From NCBI GenBank assembly GCA_030295235.1, contig AP026149.1:434001-498000 (forward strand): a stretch of DNA of 64,000 nucleotides. The letters run 5' to 3'. Position 1 is the stretch's first letter, and each line of letters begins with the position of its first letter. The DNA comes from Fistulifera solaris. Taxonomy: Eukaryota. Shown here one piece after another: positions 11,213 to 23,762 of the stretch. The position numbers and the translations under genes are program-made. The notes under the pieces were generated by a model that had not been told where the DNA came from, made no database searches, and worked only from the letters and a program-made list of their open reading frames with translations.

Positions 11213-12247
11213 ATGAGATTCCTTCTTATACCCCTTCACTTTATATTGTTAGTCTCACCGATTGGGGCGCTGCAACAACCTGCTCCGACAACATTCACCA
11301 AAGCGTGCGCGTCGGTCGCTTTGTGCACCACAATCCTGGCGCAGACGGCTCCACCTGTTGCGGCGGACGATGGAGCATCCATTCGCGTCGAAGTCAACCG
11401 TCCTTATATTATCGAACTGCTTCGCAACAAACAAGAACGGCAGGCCTATGTCGAGAAGCTACAATTTTTAGCGGACAGTGCCAAGTATGTCTTGGAACCC
11501 ATTCTGAAGGTAGAATTGCCGACCGATACGAAAGATTTCGTCAAAGACGCTCTGCGTGGGAAGGCTGACGTCAAAGTCAATGGTTTGGATTTTGCGGTAA
11601 AAGTCGTTGCCTCGGAAAAAGGATCCGTGACGGTCCAACTGTCCAGTGATTTATTGCCGCGATTGCCGGTGGTAGGACTGCCCGGGACGTCTCCGGTCGT
11701 CAACGCGGCGTCGGAAGCAGTTTCCGAAGCGGTTTCCGATTCAACACCAGTGGTGTTGGATTTCATGCAACGCGTTCAGGCCGCACGGCAACGACAATTG
11801 CAACGACCGCCTTTCTGGACGACGCCCATCAATACCGAAAAGGTGCGATTGGATCTTTCCTTGGGAACTAAAGAAATTCATCGGGCTATAACACCACTTG
11901 ATATTGCGGGAGTTACTTCATTGGGAGTAGGAGCAGCATATGGGGCTTCATATTGGTATTATTTGGAGCTACAAAGTGCGGAAGAACGAGCATCGGCAGA
12001 GAAGAAACAGAAAGCTGCCGAAAGGAAGAAGGTAGCGTCTGCAGCAGAAGCTATTGTTGAAGGAGCAAAACCACCAAAACCCGCTGATGTTAAGAAGGCG
12101 CCCAAGAAAGTTGTGAAAAAGGAGAAAATCGAAGTCGTTGCTGCTGCTACTAGCACCGTCGAACCACCACTCCTACAAACGCGAGTCCGACGATCATTTG
12201 GTCAAAAAAGACTAGGATTTATGAGAAGATTGCTTAAACGATCTTAA
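11213..12247 (+). CDS. Hypothetical signal-peptide protein with one TM helix and a Lys-rich tail (possibly plastid)
   Basis: 344-aa ORF with hydrophobic N-terminus and TM near GVTSLGVGAAYGASYWYY. Confidence 0.7.
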   Translation: MRFLLIPLHFILLVSPIGALQQPAPTTFTKACASVALCTTILAQTAPPVAADDGASIRVEVNRPYIIELLRNKQERQAYVEKLQFLADSAKYVLEPILKVELPTDTKDFVKDALRGKADVKVNGLDFAVKVVASEKGSVTVQLSSDLLPRLPVVGLPGTSPVVNAASEAVSEAVSDSTPVVLDFMQRVQAARQRQLQRPPFWTTPINTEKVRLDLSLGTKEIHRAITPLDIAGVTSLGVGAAYGASYWYYLELQSAEERASAEKKQKAAERKKVASAAEAIVEGAKPPKPADVKKAPKKVVKKEKIEVVAAATSTVEPPLLQTRVRRSFGQKRLGFMRRLLKRS

Positions 12248-12626
12248 TCCATATAATAATCAATTTTATTAATTCATGAAGTAGATTGAAATGCACCTTA
12301 ATTGAATTCGTCCAAGGGAGACTCGGTCAGGAACCGCGGACTCTGAAGTAACTCCTATTTTACGCAAGTACTTACACCCCGATGTTCAATTTTCTTACCT
12401 CATTCACAGCTAGTCAAGGTAACAAAGCGCTGTCACTGCGTTGCTGACGAAGACTGTTCCAATACACTATCTTCTCGACAAAAGCCTTCGAATGTGTTGG
12501 CTTAGTATTTCACTATAGGCCGAAGTGTAAGCTACCTTGCATCACGACTGCATTTTAGTCATGAGTGACAATAACTTTTGGCAAAAAAATGTAGCCGCGT
12601 AAAATGGAATTGATCACGAAAGGCAA

Positions 12627-13775
12627 ATGTTTTGCCTCGTTGACTATGAAATGCGCCGACTTTCTACATTGTATTCCGTTTTATGGCTATTCTTCAGCAA
12701 TTTTCCGCTCATATTCGCAAATAGGGGCTTGAATCCGTATCGCGTTTTAGGTGTTTCGGAGAATTCTTCGCAAGATGAAATTAAACGTCAGTATCGAGCG
12801 TTGTGTCTAAAGTATCATCCCGATAAGAATACAAAACGATCTACGTCCGAGCGAAAGGCTGTAGAAACTAAATTTAAGCAGCTTCAAGAAGCTTATTCAC
12901 TAATTGGGACCGCTGAGGGGCGTCGAAAATGGAATCTCCGGCAAGCCACGCCGTTTGCCTCCTCATTTTCTTCGACTGCGCCAAGCCAGAATCAGTATTT
13001 CAAGAACTATCAAGACGATGACTTTTTCGCACAAGCCTTTCGATCGTATCCATCACGAACTGGGTACGGACCCACACATCGATTCTATACGACACGTGCC
13101 TTTGGACGAGAATTAGGTGGAGAGTTTTGGAGCCCCTCGGGGTTGAAATCGGTATACGAGCAGCGTGTTCCTATGTCTCTGTACGATCTTTACAACGGAG
13201 TTTCCAAAGCTAAGTTTCGTTTACGAGAAAATGCTTTTACGCGCAGTTGCGCCGCATTTCGGGGTGGTATCGGTTACGCCATTTTGTATCAGAGCTTGCT
13301 TTTCGTCATTCCACTGTGGCGGATGACGAATCGGTGGATTGCGCTACCGACAGCATTAGCAATTTTTTACCAGCAACTACCCAAGCCATTTGAGCACAAG
13401 CCATTTGAAGCGGAGATACAAGCTGGATATAAAGCTGGTACGAGACTCACTTTTCAACCAACAGACCCTCGTATACAAGTCGTTTTTATTCTAGAAGAAG
13501 AAAAGCACCCCTTGTATCGAAGAATGGGTGATGATTTGTATGCCGAGTACACACTTTCGCATACCGAGGCGAAAAATGGCTGCACAGTGTCAATAGAAAC
13601 GCTTGGCGCCACGGAATCATCCATCGAGATTGTCTTGGAACCGGATGCGATTCAGAGGACAGGGCAGACGCTAGTCATCAAAGGACAAGGATGGCCACGT
13701 CGCAAAACAGCTGATTTCGGTGATTTGGTGGTACATTTCACTTTAGTTAAGTCAAAAAGGAAAACGAGGACTTAG
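12627..13775 (+). CDS. DnaJ/Hsp40 protein (J domain plus DnaJ_C)
   Basis: NPYRVLGV, KYHPDKN, FKQLQEAYSLI, G/F-rich linker, GDDL...IKGQGWP...GDLVVHF. Confidence 0.9.
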   Translation: MFCLVDYEMRRLSTLYSVLWLFFSNFPLIFANRGLNPYRVLGVSENSSQDEIKRQYRALCLKYHPDKNTKRSTSERKAVETKFKQLQEAYSLIGTAEGRRKWNLRQATPFASSFSSTAPSQNQYFKNYQDDDFFAQAFRSYPSRTGYGPTHRFYTTRAFGRELGGEFWSPSGLKSVYEQRVPMSLYDLYNGVSKAKFRLRENAFTRSCAAFRGGIGYAILYQSLLFVIPLWRMTNRWIALPTALAIFYQQLPKPFEHKPFEAEIQAGYKAGTRLTFQPTDPRIQVVFILEEEKHPLYRRMGDDLYAEYTLSHTEAKNGCTVSIETLGATESSIEIVLEPDAIQRTGQTLVIKGQGWPRRKTADFGDLVVHFTLVKSKRKTRT

Positions 13776-13796
13776 AGATGATTTGCAAAGAGATGT

Positions 13797-13985
13797 AAGA
13801 ATGGCTGCTCGATTCCAATCGAAACGCTGAGTGCCGCAAACTCGTTTGTAGTCGTTTTGCAGCCTGATGATACATGATACCAGGTATTCTTTGAAAAATG
13901 GGTCAGACGCTGGTAATAAAAGGATACCGAGTAGGGGTAGCCGCATCGTAAAACAGCTGATTTCGGCGATTTGGTCATGCAGTTT
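13797..13985 (+). pseudogene. Decayed direct duplicate of the last ~170 bp of the DnaJ gene
   Basis: Matches 13575-13740 (AATGGCTGC..GAAACGCT..CAGACGCT..AAAACAGCTGATTTCGG.GATTTGGT) with indels and stops. Confidence 0.85.
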
Positions 13986-14522
13986 GAAGCTGGTAGATCA
14001 GTAAATAAATGATTCTTGGGGCAACGATACGCTCTGACTTGTAGGCGAAAGCTTTTTGTTGAAGCAATCTCTCGCTGTGGCTCTTGCAAGTTTCGTAGGT
14101 AAACAAATAATCCGGAAAGAGTTTCGAGGTAAACTGAATGCAAAACTGCGATGTGAGTTGCACATCCTTTTAAATCAACGGATCAACGGACAATATGCCC
14201 GGATCGAGATCGATACATAAACTGCGATGAGAGTCGCACAGCCTCCAATCAACGGAATAGGGCGAAATGTCAACGATGCCATTTCCCTTCTTCCTGAACA
14301 TGCCTCACTCAGCACGATTAGTCTATGCTTCTTCAAATTTTCTTTATCGAGTCTTTGTGAGTGGTCAAGGCTGACAATAATGACGACGAAGCTACTTGGT
14401 ATAGAATTAGAACGACTTATAATTGTGGCACAGCATTACTTCTTCATATGAAAATGTGCAAATGTTCTCACTGATTACACCTTTCAGACATAAATTGACA
14501 TAAACAACGACATGAGTTCCTC

Positions 14523-17500
14523 CTATTCATCATCTTTATCTTCGGCATCGGTCCCATCCTCAACTTCCCCTTGGGTGTCTCTTGCAGCATCATTTTCATC
14601 TTGACTGGGGGTCACTTCCTCACTTTCAACATCTTTGACTTCATCACTTTGTGGTGCCGCCTCGGTCGAATCTCCCATTTTTAAGATGTCAAAATCCAAG
14701 TAGCACAGAATAACCGGCACGAACCAGCAGCCCATAAAATATGTGACGAACATGACGATTAGAAGTGGCTTGAAGAAAAATTTCAAGTTGAACTCGAATT
14801 CCGTGAAAGCCAAGCAGATTACCCCTATCGTTGATGAAACAAAAGACATGAACATGGGGAGCATGAGTGCCTTCATTGCGTGCTCTACTCGATCAACGCT
14901 TGACTTGATCTTGTTGGTTGCGCGCATCCAGCGAGAGACGGTGTGCACAGAGTATTCGACAGCAAAGCCGACCGATAGAACGAACGACATCATCGAAAAG
15001 CCCGTCAAGTTCACCCCAATCAGGCTTGAAATACCAACGACTGGAACTAGCGTAAAGATAATGGTGGTGAGAATCAGCAACGACCCGACGAGGCTAGCAA
15101 CGAATGCCTTTCCCGCAGAATGTTGACTATGCAAAAACGTTCCAAGGAGAAAGAAGAAGGCAATGACAAATCCTGCAGCCGACGCATATCCCCCCAATTC
15201 GCACAGTACTGGGAAGAGCTCTTCGTACTGAGACCAGTAGTCGTAAGGAATGCCAGTCATCCAGCAATGAATATCTTCATTCTTGTCGCAAATCTCTCGA
15301 GTCTGCTTGATCATGCTCAACGTATCCTCGTGGCTGAACAAGTTAAAAGCAAACATAGAGGGACCAAAAGTCATAGGAAGAGGGTAGATGAGCTCGGCGT
15401 CGTTGAAAAGACACCGTCACAAGGCTTCGATGTCGCAGTATCGGGTTCAGCAAGAAGATTTCCTCCGTCGCCAGTGATATTGCGCCATCTTGTGAGACAG
15501 AACACCCACTTGTCGTCTGACCACCCATCTATGACCGGACAAAAAGTCTGATTTCCGGCAGAGTCTAGCGAAAGCCCTAGTTTTTCCAGATCAGACTCAA
15601 ACATTTCTTGACCTGGACGACAGATTCCGCCCTCATACGAAACACATGAATCGTCGATCAAAGGCCGGATGTTCTTTACACGCAAACCGAGATCATTTGG
15701 AACCCATGTACCAGAGCAAGTACTTTCTGCATCACCATCCTTGAATACTTGATCTGAACCACAAGCGCGAATATCGAAGTCTTGACGGTCGAAATTGTCA
15801 CTACAGTGACCTGTTGTCCAAAGAGCAAAATCTGCCATCCAAAGCTGTTTGGTGTCGATCTGGGCCACGTACTGCGAATCGACAACATCCTCGAACTGCT
15901 TGATCATGCCCATTTGTATGTTCGGATTCTTGTAATCGATAGGACCCCATCTAATTCCAATGGACCAAGATGCCAATTCTTCGGTTCGTAGCTCAGCCCA
16001 TAGACCTGCTGGATTAGACTTCGGAAAGAAGTCCTCAAGACCTAGTCCTATGTGTCTATCCTGAACACCCCATATCCCAATGGCAAATGTCGCCAAAGCC
16101 ATGCCGACAATGACGGCGTGCACAACAGAGCGAACGCCGCGGTTTGTCGAGAACAGAATTTTCTTGTAGAAGGAGTCATAGAGCACAGTTTGACGGAAGT
16201 CTTCATGCGCGACGTGACTTTCTTGACCCGACTCGTTTTTTATGCAAAAAGAATGTCTGCCCTGCCCTCTTTTTGTCGCATCATGTCGTAGTAGCAATAT
16301 GCAGGAAAGCAAAACATCACAGATATATACAACGCAATGATACAGTAGCAAGCTACTCGGGCAGTTAGGTAGACCGCTGGAATATCGGAGACGTTAAGTA
16401 TGGCAAACATTGAGGCATTCATCAAGGAAGTCATGGTAACTGGAATGGTCACTTCATGCATTGCGGCAAGCCAGTTTTTGTCTTTGTAACCACGCTGCTG
16501 TTTTATCGCAAGGAGAATGATGTAGACATCATCTACTCCAAGCCCTATGATAACAAAAGGCAGGGTCCAAGCGATTGACTACAACAAGGAGAAATATTTA
16601 GTGGTTTGGACTTTCGAGAGAGTTCACAACATTTCGATTTTCCAACTTACCACATTGATTTTAATACCGATCAATAAACTGAATCCGAGCGCAGCAAAAT
16701 AAGAAAGCACGACAAGCGTCACGCCGATGAGCGTGACCAGAACTCGCGACTCTACGGCGTCCGATGAAATTAGGCAAAATGCCGAAAAGACGGCGACCAA
16801 AACAATAGCAATGAAAGTCAGCCGAGTGTTGTCGAGACTGATATCTTCTAACATGCGACCTGTTGATCCAACCACATCTCCGCTATCATCAAAGAATCCC
16901 ACAAACTGAACGTCTCCTGCTTGGCTGTCGTCCCAACCCTCTACCCACGACTCTTCCATGGCCTCTTTATACATGAAAAGTATCTCTTCGGCATCTTCCT
17001 TGGTGATATCAACTGTGCCACCTGGACGATTACAGTTCTTGACTCGCTGAACAATATCCTTAGGAAGGAGAGCAGCATAAATTGACTGGAGAACTCGTAC
17101 TTCCGTCAAAGGATTCTCTTGGTCATACTCTCCGACGCCAGGCGTAGCACCCCCAATCAGAAGGTTTCTGTCGACGGGCCCTAATGAAGTTCCCTCATCG
17201 ATATTGAACACTTCTCGTGACGCTCCTTTCAGGATGCTTTCGTCAGACTGATTTGTAAACGAGAACCTTGACCCGCCGAGTGTATATCCACAGCCGGCTC
17301 CTGTCGTCCAAGAATAGGGGTCGTCTTCACCTTGTTTGACATCCAAGAAGGCTGGAGAAGAAATCAGCAGATCGTACCACATTCGTGCAAAATGTTGCTT
17401 ACTGTACTCTGTACCGGAAGCACCAGGATTTTGAAAGCTTGGAACATTAAAAGGAGTGCACCAGGATTGCGAAACTTGCGTTGCTGCTCCAGCTGATTGG

Positions 17501-19105
17501 GTATCAAACGCCTCGCTAGGAGTGTCGGATCCTGGAAGAGGCTCGTTTGCGCAAACTGCGTACAAACACTAATTAGCAACAGTTCGGCTATGATCGACAT
17601 CCCAATGTATACCCTTACCTGTTCCCTCATTAGCCGGAGTCAGACTAGCCATGAACCACGAATAGACCGGATCAACAGCAACCATCGTCTGCCATTCCGC
17701 TGAGTCGGGGTCGGCAAATCCATCCTGCGTGAATACGGGACTCCAAGCTGCATCTTTGCCGTAATTTGCAGCATCAATGTACATCGAAGAGCTGAATGGC
17801 TCTCCGCTCATGTCAACACCCGAGCCCGAGACAGGAAACAAAGAATCTGAATTAGTCTGGCCGAACATGCTACCTCCTGTAGCGGCGTTTGACCAGAAGG
17901 GGGAACGGAGCGCCTGCTCCATTCAGAGAACTAAAGGGACCGTCGGCATGGTTCAAAAGCGCCTGTTTGGCAACGTCTTCGGTAACGTCTGCGGCACGAG
18001 ACGGGCAAGTTAAGCCTAGCGTATCTGCAGCTCCTTGACACGCTTCGATGAGCGGATCAAAGAGAGCATAGTTTTCCACGTAACCACTAGCTCCGAGCTC
18101 GCTGTATAAACTACGTAACACGAGGTACTTGTAAAACTCGGCCACATCGTCGGCGGTGACGCTCGAGGCAAGCTCGTCAAGCTTTGCTGAGAGATCGTCG
18201 AGTTCAGCCTTCTTGGCAGCATTTCCCTCCCCCAAAGAAGCGCTGTGACGTTTTAATTCTGCACTTAAGACAGTAAAGGTAGGCTGCACAAGTGCGTGCA
18301 TACCTGCAATCTTCTCGTCGTAGGTTGCTTCAATGCACATGCGGCATGGGTGATTCATTTCCATATTTCCGATATCAGCGAACAGAGCGAGAGGATTAGT
18401 GGCACGACCGAGCAACACCGTAAAGCACTCGGAACGGCAATCTTGTGTCATAACTCCAAAGCGAGGGACACGCGGAGAGACAAGACCTCTCTGAATGGCG
18501 AGATACCAAGCAGCTCGATCCAACGGAGTGAACGTCCAGCGAGCTTCTTCAAACAAATCCATGGGGGACAAGCGGAGGCAGGGAAATTGGTAGGGAGCCT
18601 CATTGACAGCGCACAAGTCGTCCCACGTATACTCAACGCCCTTGTAGGTGATCTGTGGTGATTTTCAGCATAGCATTAGTATACAATGGCATTCGTCGTT
18701 TCCATGCCTCACAAGTACTTACTGTCGTGTTTTCGGTGGCTTCCATTCGGGCACGAATCTCTTCCAGACGATCTTTCGTCAATATATTCTTGTTGTCACG
18801 CGAAACAGATAGTGCTGCAAATGTCGATGCGCCCAAGTCGTCTGCCCCGTAGCTTTTCGCATAATCTTGATCTTTTGCGTAGTCGCCGTTTCGTGGAATC
18901 CAGATGTTAGCAACCTTGTCTTCAACACGATCCTCCACCGTCCATCCAAATCCAATCAAGAACGCAAAGGCAATGGGAACCATAACCAAAAGGGAATGGG
19001 GTACTTCAACATGAAGTGAAAGAACCGATTGCTTTCTTTACGTACATCCTCATTTTCGTCGACAACTTGCTTCACCGAGCTTTCTTCTTGTGAAGACGAC
19101 GACAT
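14523..19105 (-). CDS. Patched-type sterol-sensing-domain RND membrane protein; multi-exon with several homopolymer frameshifts
   Basis: PCLRLSPMDLFEE, LPFVIIGLGVDD, VTMTSLMN, GLGLEDFFP, GIPYDYWSQY, GFAVEYSVH; introns 18653-18722, 16579-16650 and one near 17560-17618. Confidence 0.85.
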
Positions 19106-19833
19106 GCTTCGGTGCCGGCAAACTACGATCAATTACTTCTTTCTTTTTTACTTGCTTTCAGTCTAATGCTTGGGTTCAGCAAAGGCTGCTTGCGTTTTAT
19201 GATAAAGGAAAAGATATCAAAGTGAATAAAGTTTCACAGAAGGTAAAGTGTCAAGTGTCAAAAAAAGGTAAAGCAAAGACGACGGCACGAAAGGTCGAAG
19301 CCAAAAACTGTAACCAACAGTAGTTTTTATTACTTTGTGTAGGATAGTAATCCGCAAACGCTATTTGGACATAGGCAGCGAATGCATTCTTTGCACCTCA
19401 TATTGTGGTAGTACTCAATGTCCTATACAGCTTTTTAATCACGTATCCATGCCGCATACTGATTCACTATGAATTGGAAGATCCAAACACGAGTCGAGTG
19501 TTGACTGCCAAACCGGTCCCGGTTCCCGGTTCGCTGCCAGATGTCCACATGGGACTCAGACCTTTAACGAGCAGAGTGACGCAACTCAGTATACGACTTA
19601 AAGTGAAAAAGCGGTTAACGTGCAGTTACACTAAGAGCGTTGGATTGGAAGCATTTGGCAAAACCCGATGAAAAGAAATCGAGCATGGTGAACGAGACGA
19701 TGAGGGGAAGGGCGGAAAATTCTCGAAGAGAAATGATTCGCGATAGTCGGTCAGAATAAACGGACCCATTAGGCAGTGATCGATTACTCAGGCAGAAGGA
19801 TAGACCCATTTTTCGACACTTCTCGGAATAATA

Positions 19834-20376
19834 ATGACGTTTGAACTCACGGACGAGATGCACATTTTTATCCCGCGTTTGGTAGCAAGAGAGACTATGA
19901 TCGCTATAGTCAGTCTCGTCAATGATGTGTACGATGTTGCGGAAGAAAATATGTGGAAGGAAAATGGCGTCCGCACAAATCTCTTGGAAATCGAGTCTTT
20001 AATCCAAGAAAGACGACTCATGGTCGTCGAACGAGACAAGAAAATCATCGGACTTGTGAAATTAAGCAAGATTGACGAAGAAACGGGTGAACTGGGAATG
20101 CTCGTGGTGGATCAGAGCGCGAGAAGGCAAAACTTGGGTCGAAGACTGGTCGAATCCGCCGAGGTGTGGGCGAAAGGTGAAGGCTTCCACACATTGCAAT
20201 TGCAACTTCTAACACCACGAACTTGGAAGCACCCAACGAAAGAATTTCTCAAAGAATGGTATTCCAGAATGGGATATACTCCTCAATGCACCGCTTCTTT
20301 TGAAGAAGATTATCCTTATCTCGTCGATTTATTGGCGTGCGAGTGCGACTTGACAACCTGGACCAAAGCTCTCTAG
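19834..20376 (+). CDS. GNAT-family N-acetyltransferase
   Basis: ELGMLVVDQSARRQNLGRRLV acetyl-CoA motif A and WYSRMGY; intronless. Confidence 0.88.
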   Translation: MTFELTDEMHIFIPRLVARETMIAIVSLVNDVYDVAEENMWKENGVRTNLLEIESLIQERRLMVVERDKKIIGLVKLSKIDEETGELGMLVVDQSARRQNLGRRLVESAEVWAKGEGFHTLQLQLLTPRTWKHPTKEFLKEWYSRMGYTPQCTASFEEDYPYLVDLLACECDLTTWTKAL

Positions 20377-20480
20377 TATTTACGGTACGATACACAACTT
20401 ACAAAAGTCACCATTTACCAGCGAGTATATAAATCTAAAGAAAGTCGTCTTTACGGCATTTAACAAAGCCTGTATGGTCC

Positions 20481-21547
20481 TTATTGTTGATAATTTAGTT
20501 GCTGCCGCTCTATGGCAAATCGCGACAGTCCTTTTGATTGGGGCTTATTGTTTCCAGCCCCTACAATAGGTCGTGAAGAATTTCGTGCGAGGGAAGCTAC
20601 GGAACTTTGGCCGATGCGAGGTATTTCTCGGATTTCATTCGCATTGTCACCAAACCGCACCCGTGGAGTCGTCGCCACCTTGTTTTGCGACTCCTCGACT
20701 TTGTCTCGTGTACCGTGTTCCTGAATGACACCCGAAAACACGCTTTTGGAAATGGGTTTTGCAGGGACTGGTGCGATCCTCTTATCCTTGTTGGTATCGG
20801 TTGATTGGATAAGTGTCTCGGATAAATCATTGCGTCCTCCTCCGTCTGACTTATCTGCCGGAGCGACGACTGGTTTCTTTTTAGTTTTGGAGGTTGTATT
20901 CAGAAACCCTTTGTTCCAACCACTCTTTTGATTGCTCTTCTTCATGACTTTGGATGCGGGCGGTCTAGATTCGTCCTCTTCTAAACGAGCCAGTTCTTCC
21001 AATCGAGCCGCCAAGGCATCGTATTCTCCATCCGACAAGGGTTTGAGAGAAGAAACGGGGATTTCTTCGACCGATTCTCCCGCGGAAGAGGATGCTGTTG
21101 TCACGGCGGGTGGTAACGTCTCCTCTTGAACGACTTCGGGATGTTGACGGAGATACTCCAAATGTTGTGATACATTGACGGCTTCGGCTTTGAGTTCATT
21201 TCCGGATGAATCGATTTCTTCACGAATTTCGAAATATGGTAAAATGTTGTTGCGATGGCTAGTTGGCCGGGTTCCCTTGGAAGGTGGAGCCTTTTGCGGT
21301 TTGAGATTTGATCCATTTCGTCTTGCAGTCGATCTAACGCTTCTGTTCTCGATATAGTGATAGCATCCGTTACCCCGCTGCTTTTTGCTGGAACGAATGT
21401 GACGATTTCCTCTTCTCCATCGGGTTGTAAAAAACCTGGAACAAAGGCTTTCGGTCCCAAAGGCACCAGCACGGATCGACCCGATAAAGGTTGACGCAGT
21501 TGATCACGAACATCACGTAGTTGTTCGAACGTTAAGGGATTTGTCAT
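20481..21547 (-). CDS. URI1/Bud27-like unconventional prefoldin; one frameshift
   Basis: VLVPLGPKAFVPG prefoldin-alpha hairpin, LPYFEIREE motif in the second frame, C-terminal LSRFA; frames join at the T run near 21293. Confidence 0.6.
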
Positions 21548-21829
21548 AGCTGTGGCGATTCACTACACACCCGACGAGCACTCGCTACGATAAAATACAA
21601 GAAGAAATAATGGCTTGAAACAATCAATTAGGATAGGGCATAATTCTCGTAATGAAGGAATGAAATGAATCAATGGTGATAAGGCAGGGAAGACTGTATT
21701 TTTGGGACAGGCGGTTCGGGACTGATTGGTCGTGACTGACGTCGGTCGAAACAAATAATGGTTGATAGCGTTCAGATGAACGCCATATTGTTTAAATTGA
21801 AAACAAAAGGCTTTCAAAAATATTGGAAT

Positions 21830-22756
21830 ATGCTCGTGCATCATGCAAGACTTTTGATTTTACAGCTGCTTCTTCCCGGAGCCGCTTGTCTTTCATCAAT
21901 CCACGCCGGAGGGGTATCCTCTCGGATACGATGTTCTTGTGCGAAAGCATTCTTGCAAACAATCCTCGTACCCTTGGCTGCCACTTCTGTCGCCATCCCG
22001 GTACACGCCGAAGTAGTAGTAAAACAACCCACGGTTTATGCGTGGCAATGGGAAAACGGTGCCGTGGTCATCCCTGATCCATTACTTTTTGCGGATAAAG
22101 TGTTACACCAGCCACGTCTGTTGGGAAGCGGAGGAGGGGGAGCTGTCTTTGCTGTGACACAGGACAGTAGCCAGCGATCGTATGTGGTCAAGACGAGTTG
22201 GGCCTCGAGTACGGAATCTATTGAAAACGAATGTCGCGTATTGCAACTGTTGGAGGAAAAACACGTGACCAATGTCGAACGATGTTTGGGAATACAGCCT
22301 TACGTTCGTGACGTCCGAACGGATGCTCGTCGCGTTATGATCTTGCTGGAGCCGGTGATGAAAGGGCCTATAGCAGCATCGCTCGCTGATTTATCACCTC
22401 ATCTGCAATCACGCTCCGTGGAAATGATCCTGAAAACGATGCTAGAGATCCTATCGGCGAATGTGGCTGTCACGGATGTACAAACTTTAGTCTCACAAGA
22501 GACTGGCGATATATTATTCATTGATTTCAGTGAAGCGCGGATACTTTCTCCCTCCACTGAACCTTTGTCATTTATGGAGCAAGCTCTTCTTTCTAATTTC
22601 GTCCAGGAAGTTTCCGCCATGATTCCAAAAGGTCAAGAGGCTCTTGTCTCTAGGGTTGTTTCGCAATTTGTAAAAGAACAGGAGTCATCTGGAAAGCACC
22701 TGAGTGCGCATACGTTGATTTTATTAGAGGAACAATTTCTGCTAGACGAGATTTGA
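21830..22756 (+). CDS. Atypical protein kinase-like protein with signal/transit peptide
   Basis: LGSGGGGAVF glycine loop, VVKTS, ENECRVL, FIDFSEA; catalytic loop reads VAVTDVQ. Confidence 0.7.
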   Translation: MLVHHARLLILQLLLPGAACLSSIHAGGVSSRIRCSCAKAFLQTILVPLAATSVAIPVHAEVVVKQPTVYAWQWENGAVVIPDPLLFADKVLHQPRLLGSGGGGAVFAVTQDSSQRSYVVKTSWASSTESIENECRVLQLLEEKHVTNVERCLGIQPYVRDVRTDARRVMILLEPVMKGPIAASLADLSPHLQSRSVEMILKTMLEILSANVAVTDVQTLVSQETGDILFIDFSEARILSPSTEPLSFMEQALLSNFVQEVSAMIPKGQEALVSRVVSQFVKEQESSGKHLSAHTLILLEEQFLLDEI

Positions 22757-23339
22757 CGTTAGTCGTCCCGCCGCACGGAGCCGTGATCTTACGACACGCA
22801 CAATTGTCATGTTGCAACTTCGCGGGCGGTCCTTGTATTTTTATTTATCACGTGCGCCCGAGAAACCCCTCTGATCACGTAGCAAGTCGTCAGTATATCG
22901 ACTTCAACACTGGTGAAAAAGTAACATCTCTGTCGATGCGTACTTTCGACGGGTCATTCACTAAAGTAAGGCTTTGATGCGTGGTGTTTTAAACGGCTCG
23001 GCCATAATAACTGACGCGATATGAGTCGTTGAATGATGGCGTGGTAGTCACTAATCTTGGAAACATTTAAGAGGTGTTTACATTGACGTAAGATGATGAG
23101 GAAGGCAAAAGCGACCAATCGGATGCGTCCGAAACGAGATGACCCCGGGCGGGAACAGGGGTATCGTTGATCGATTGCGCTCTGAAAAACAAAGAAGTCG
23201 AGCGTCCTTTCGCCAACTATTCTTTCATTACGCGCACAAAACATAGGCAGGATAATCAGGTTACTTTCTTAATATTAATGTCTTCGATATCTTACTGCAA
23301 GGAGTTTTATCTTGCTAGACCCTTTTTCTGTTTTCCTCG

Positions 23340-23560
23340 TAAAGACGCCGCGATTTCATTGTCAAGGTCGTTTACCCTTGCATCAAAGGTGTCAAGGACA
23401 TTCTTTCCTTCCAACTTTGGCGAAAGCAAACTCTCGATCACGTCGACTTGCAAGAGGTATTTCAAATTGCTGCGTTTCAACCCCATTCAGTGAACCAAAC
23501 GATGAATTGACAAAGGCGATGCCCTCACCTTCGAATTCACTACCATACATTCTTTGCGAC
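23340..23560 (-). pseudogene. Degenerate third copy of the RNI-like tandem family
   Basis: Manual translation EFEGEGIAFVN-SSFGSL / LKRSNLKYLLQVDVIESL...FDARVNDLDNEI aligns with CELEDEGTAF / LNRDNLQRLLQLDMIERL of the neighbouring gene. Confidence 0.7.
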
Positions 23561-23762
23561 CTTTTCCGTCCGAGATCATCGCATTTCTTTCAGCATTGTG
23601 TGTGTCACATTCGTCGTGAAATTGCAATGAATCATTGAAGGCGACAAAACTTTCCCAGATCGTTCGCATGATCGTCTACAGTCCAATAAAACGGTGGTCA
23701 ATTAGGACTGCATTTTTTCGCTCACTACTTGGTGCCTCTACCATCCGCGTTATACGGTCATT

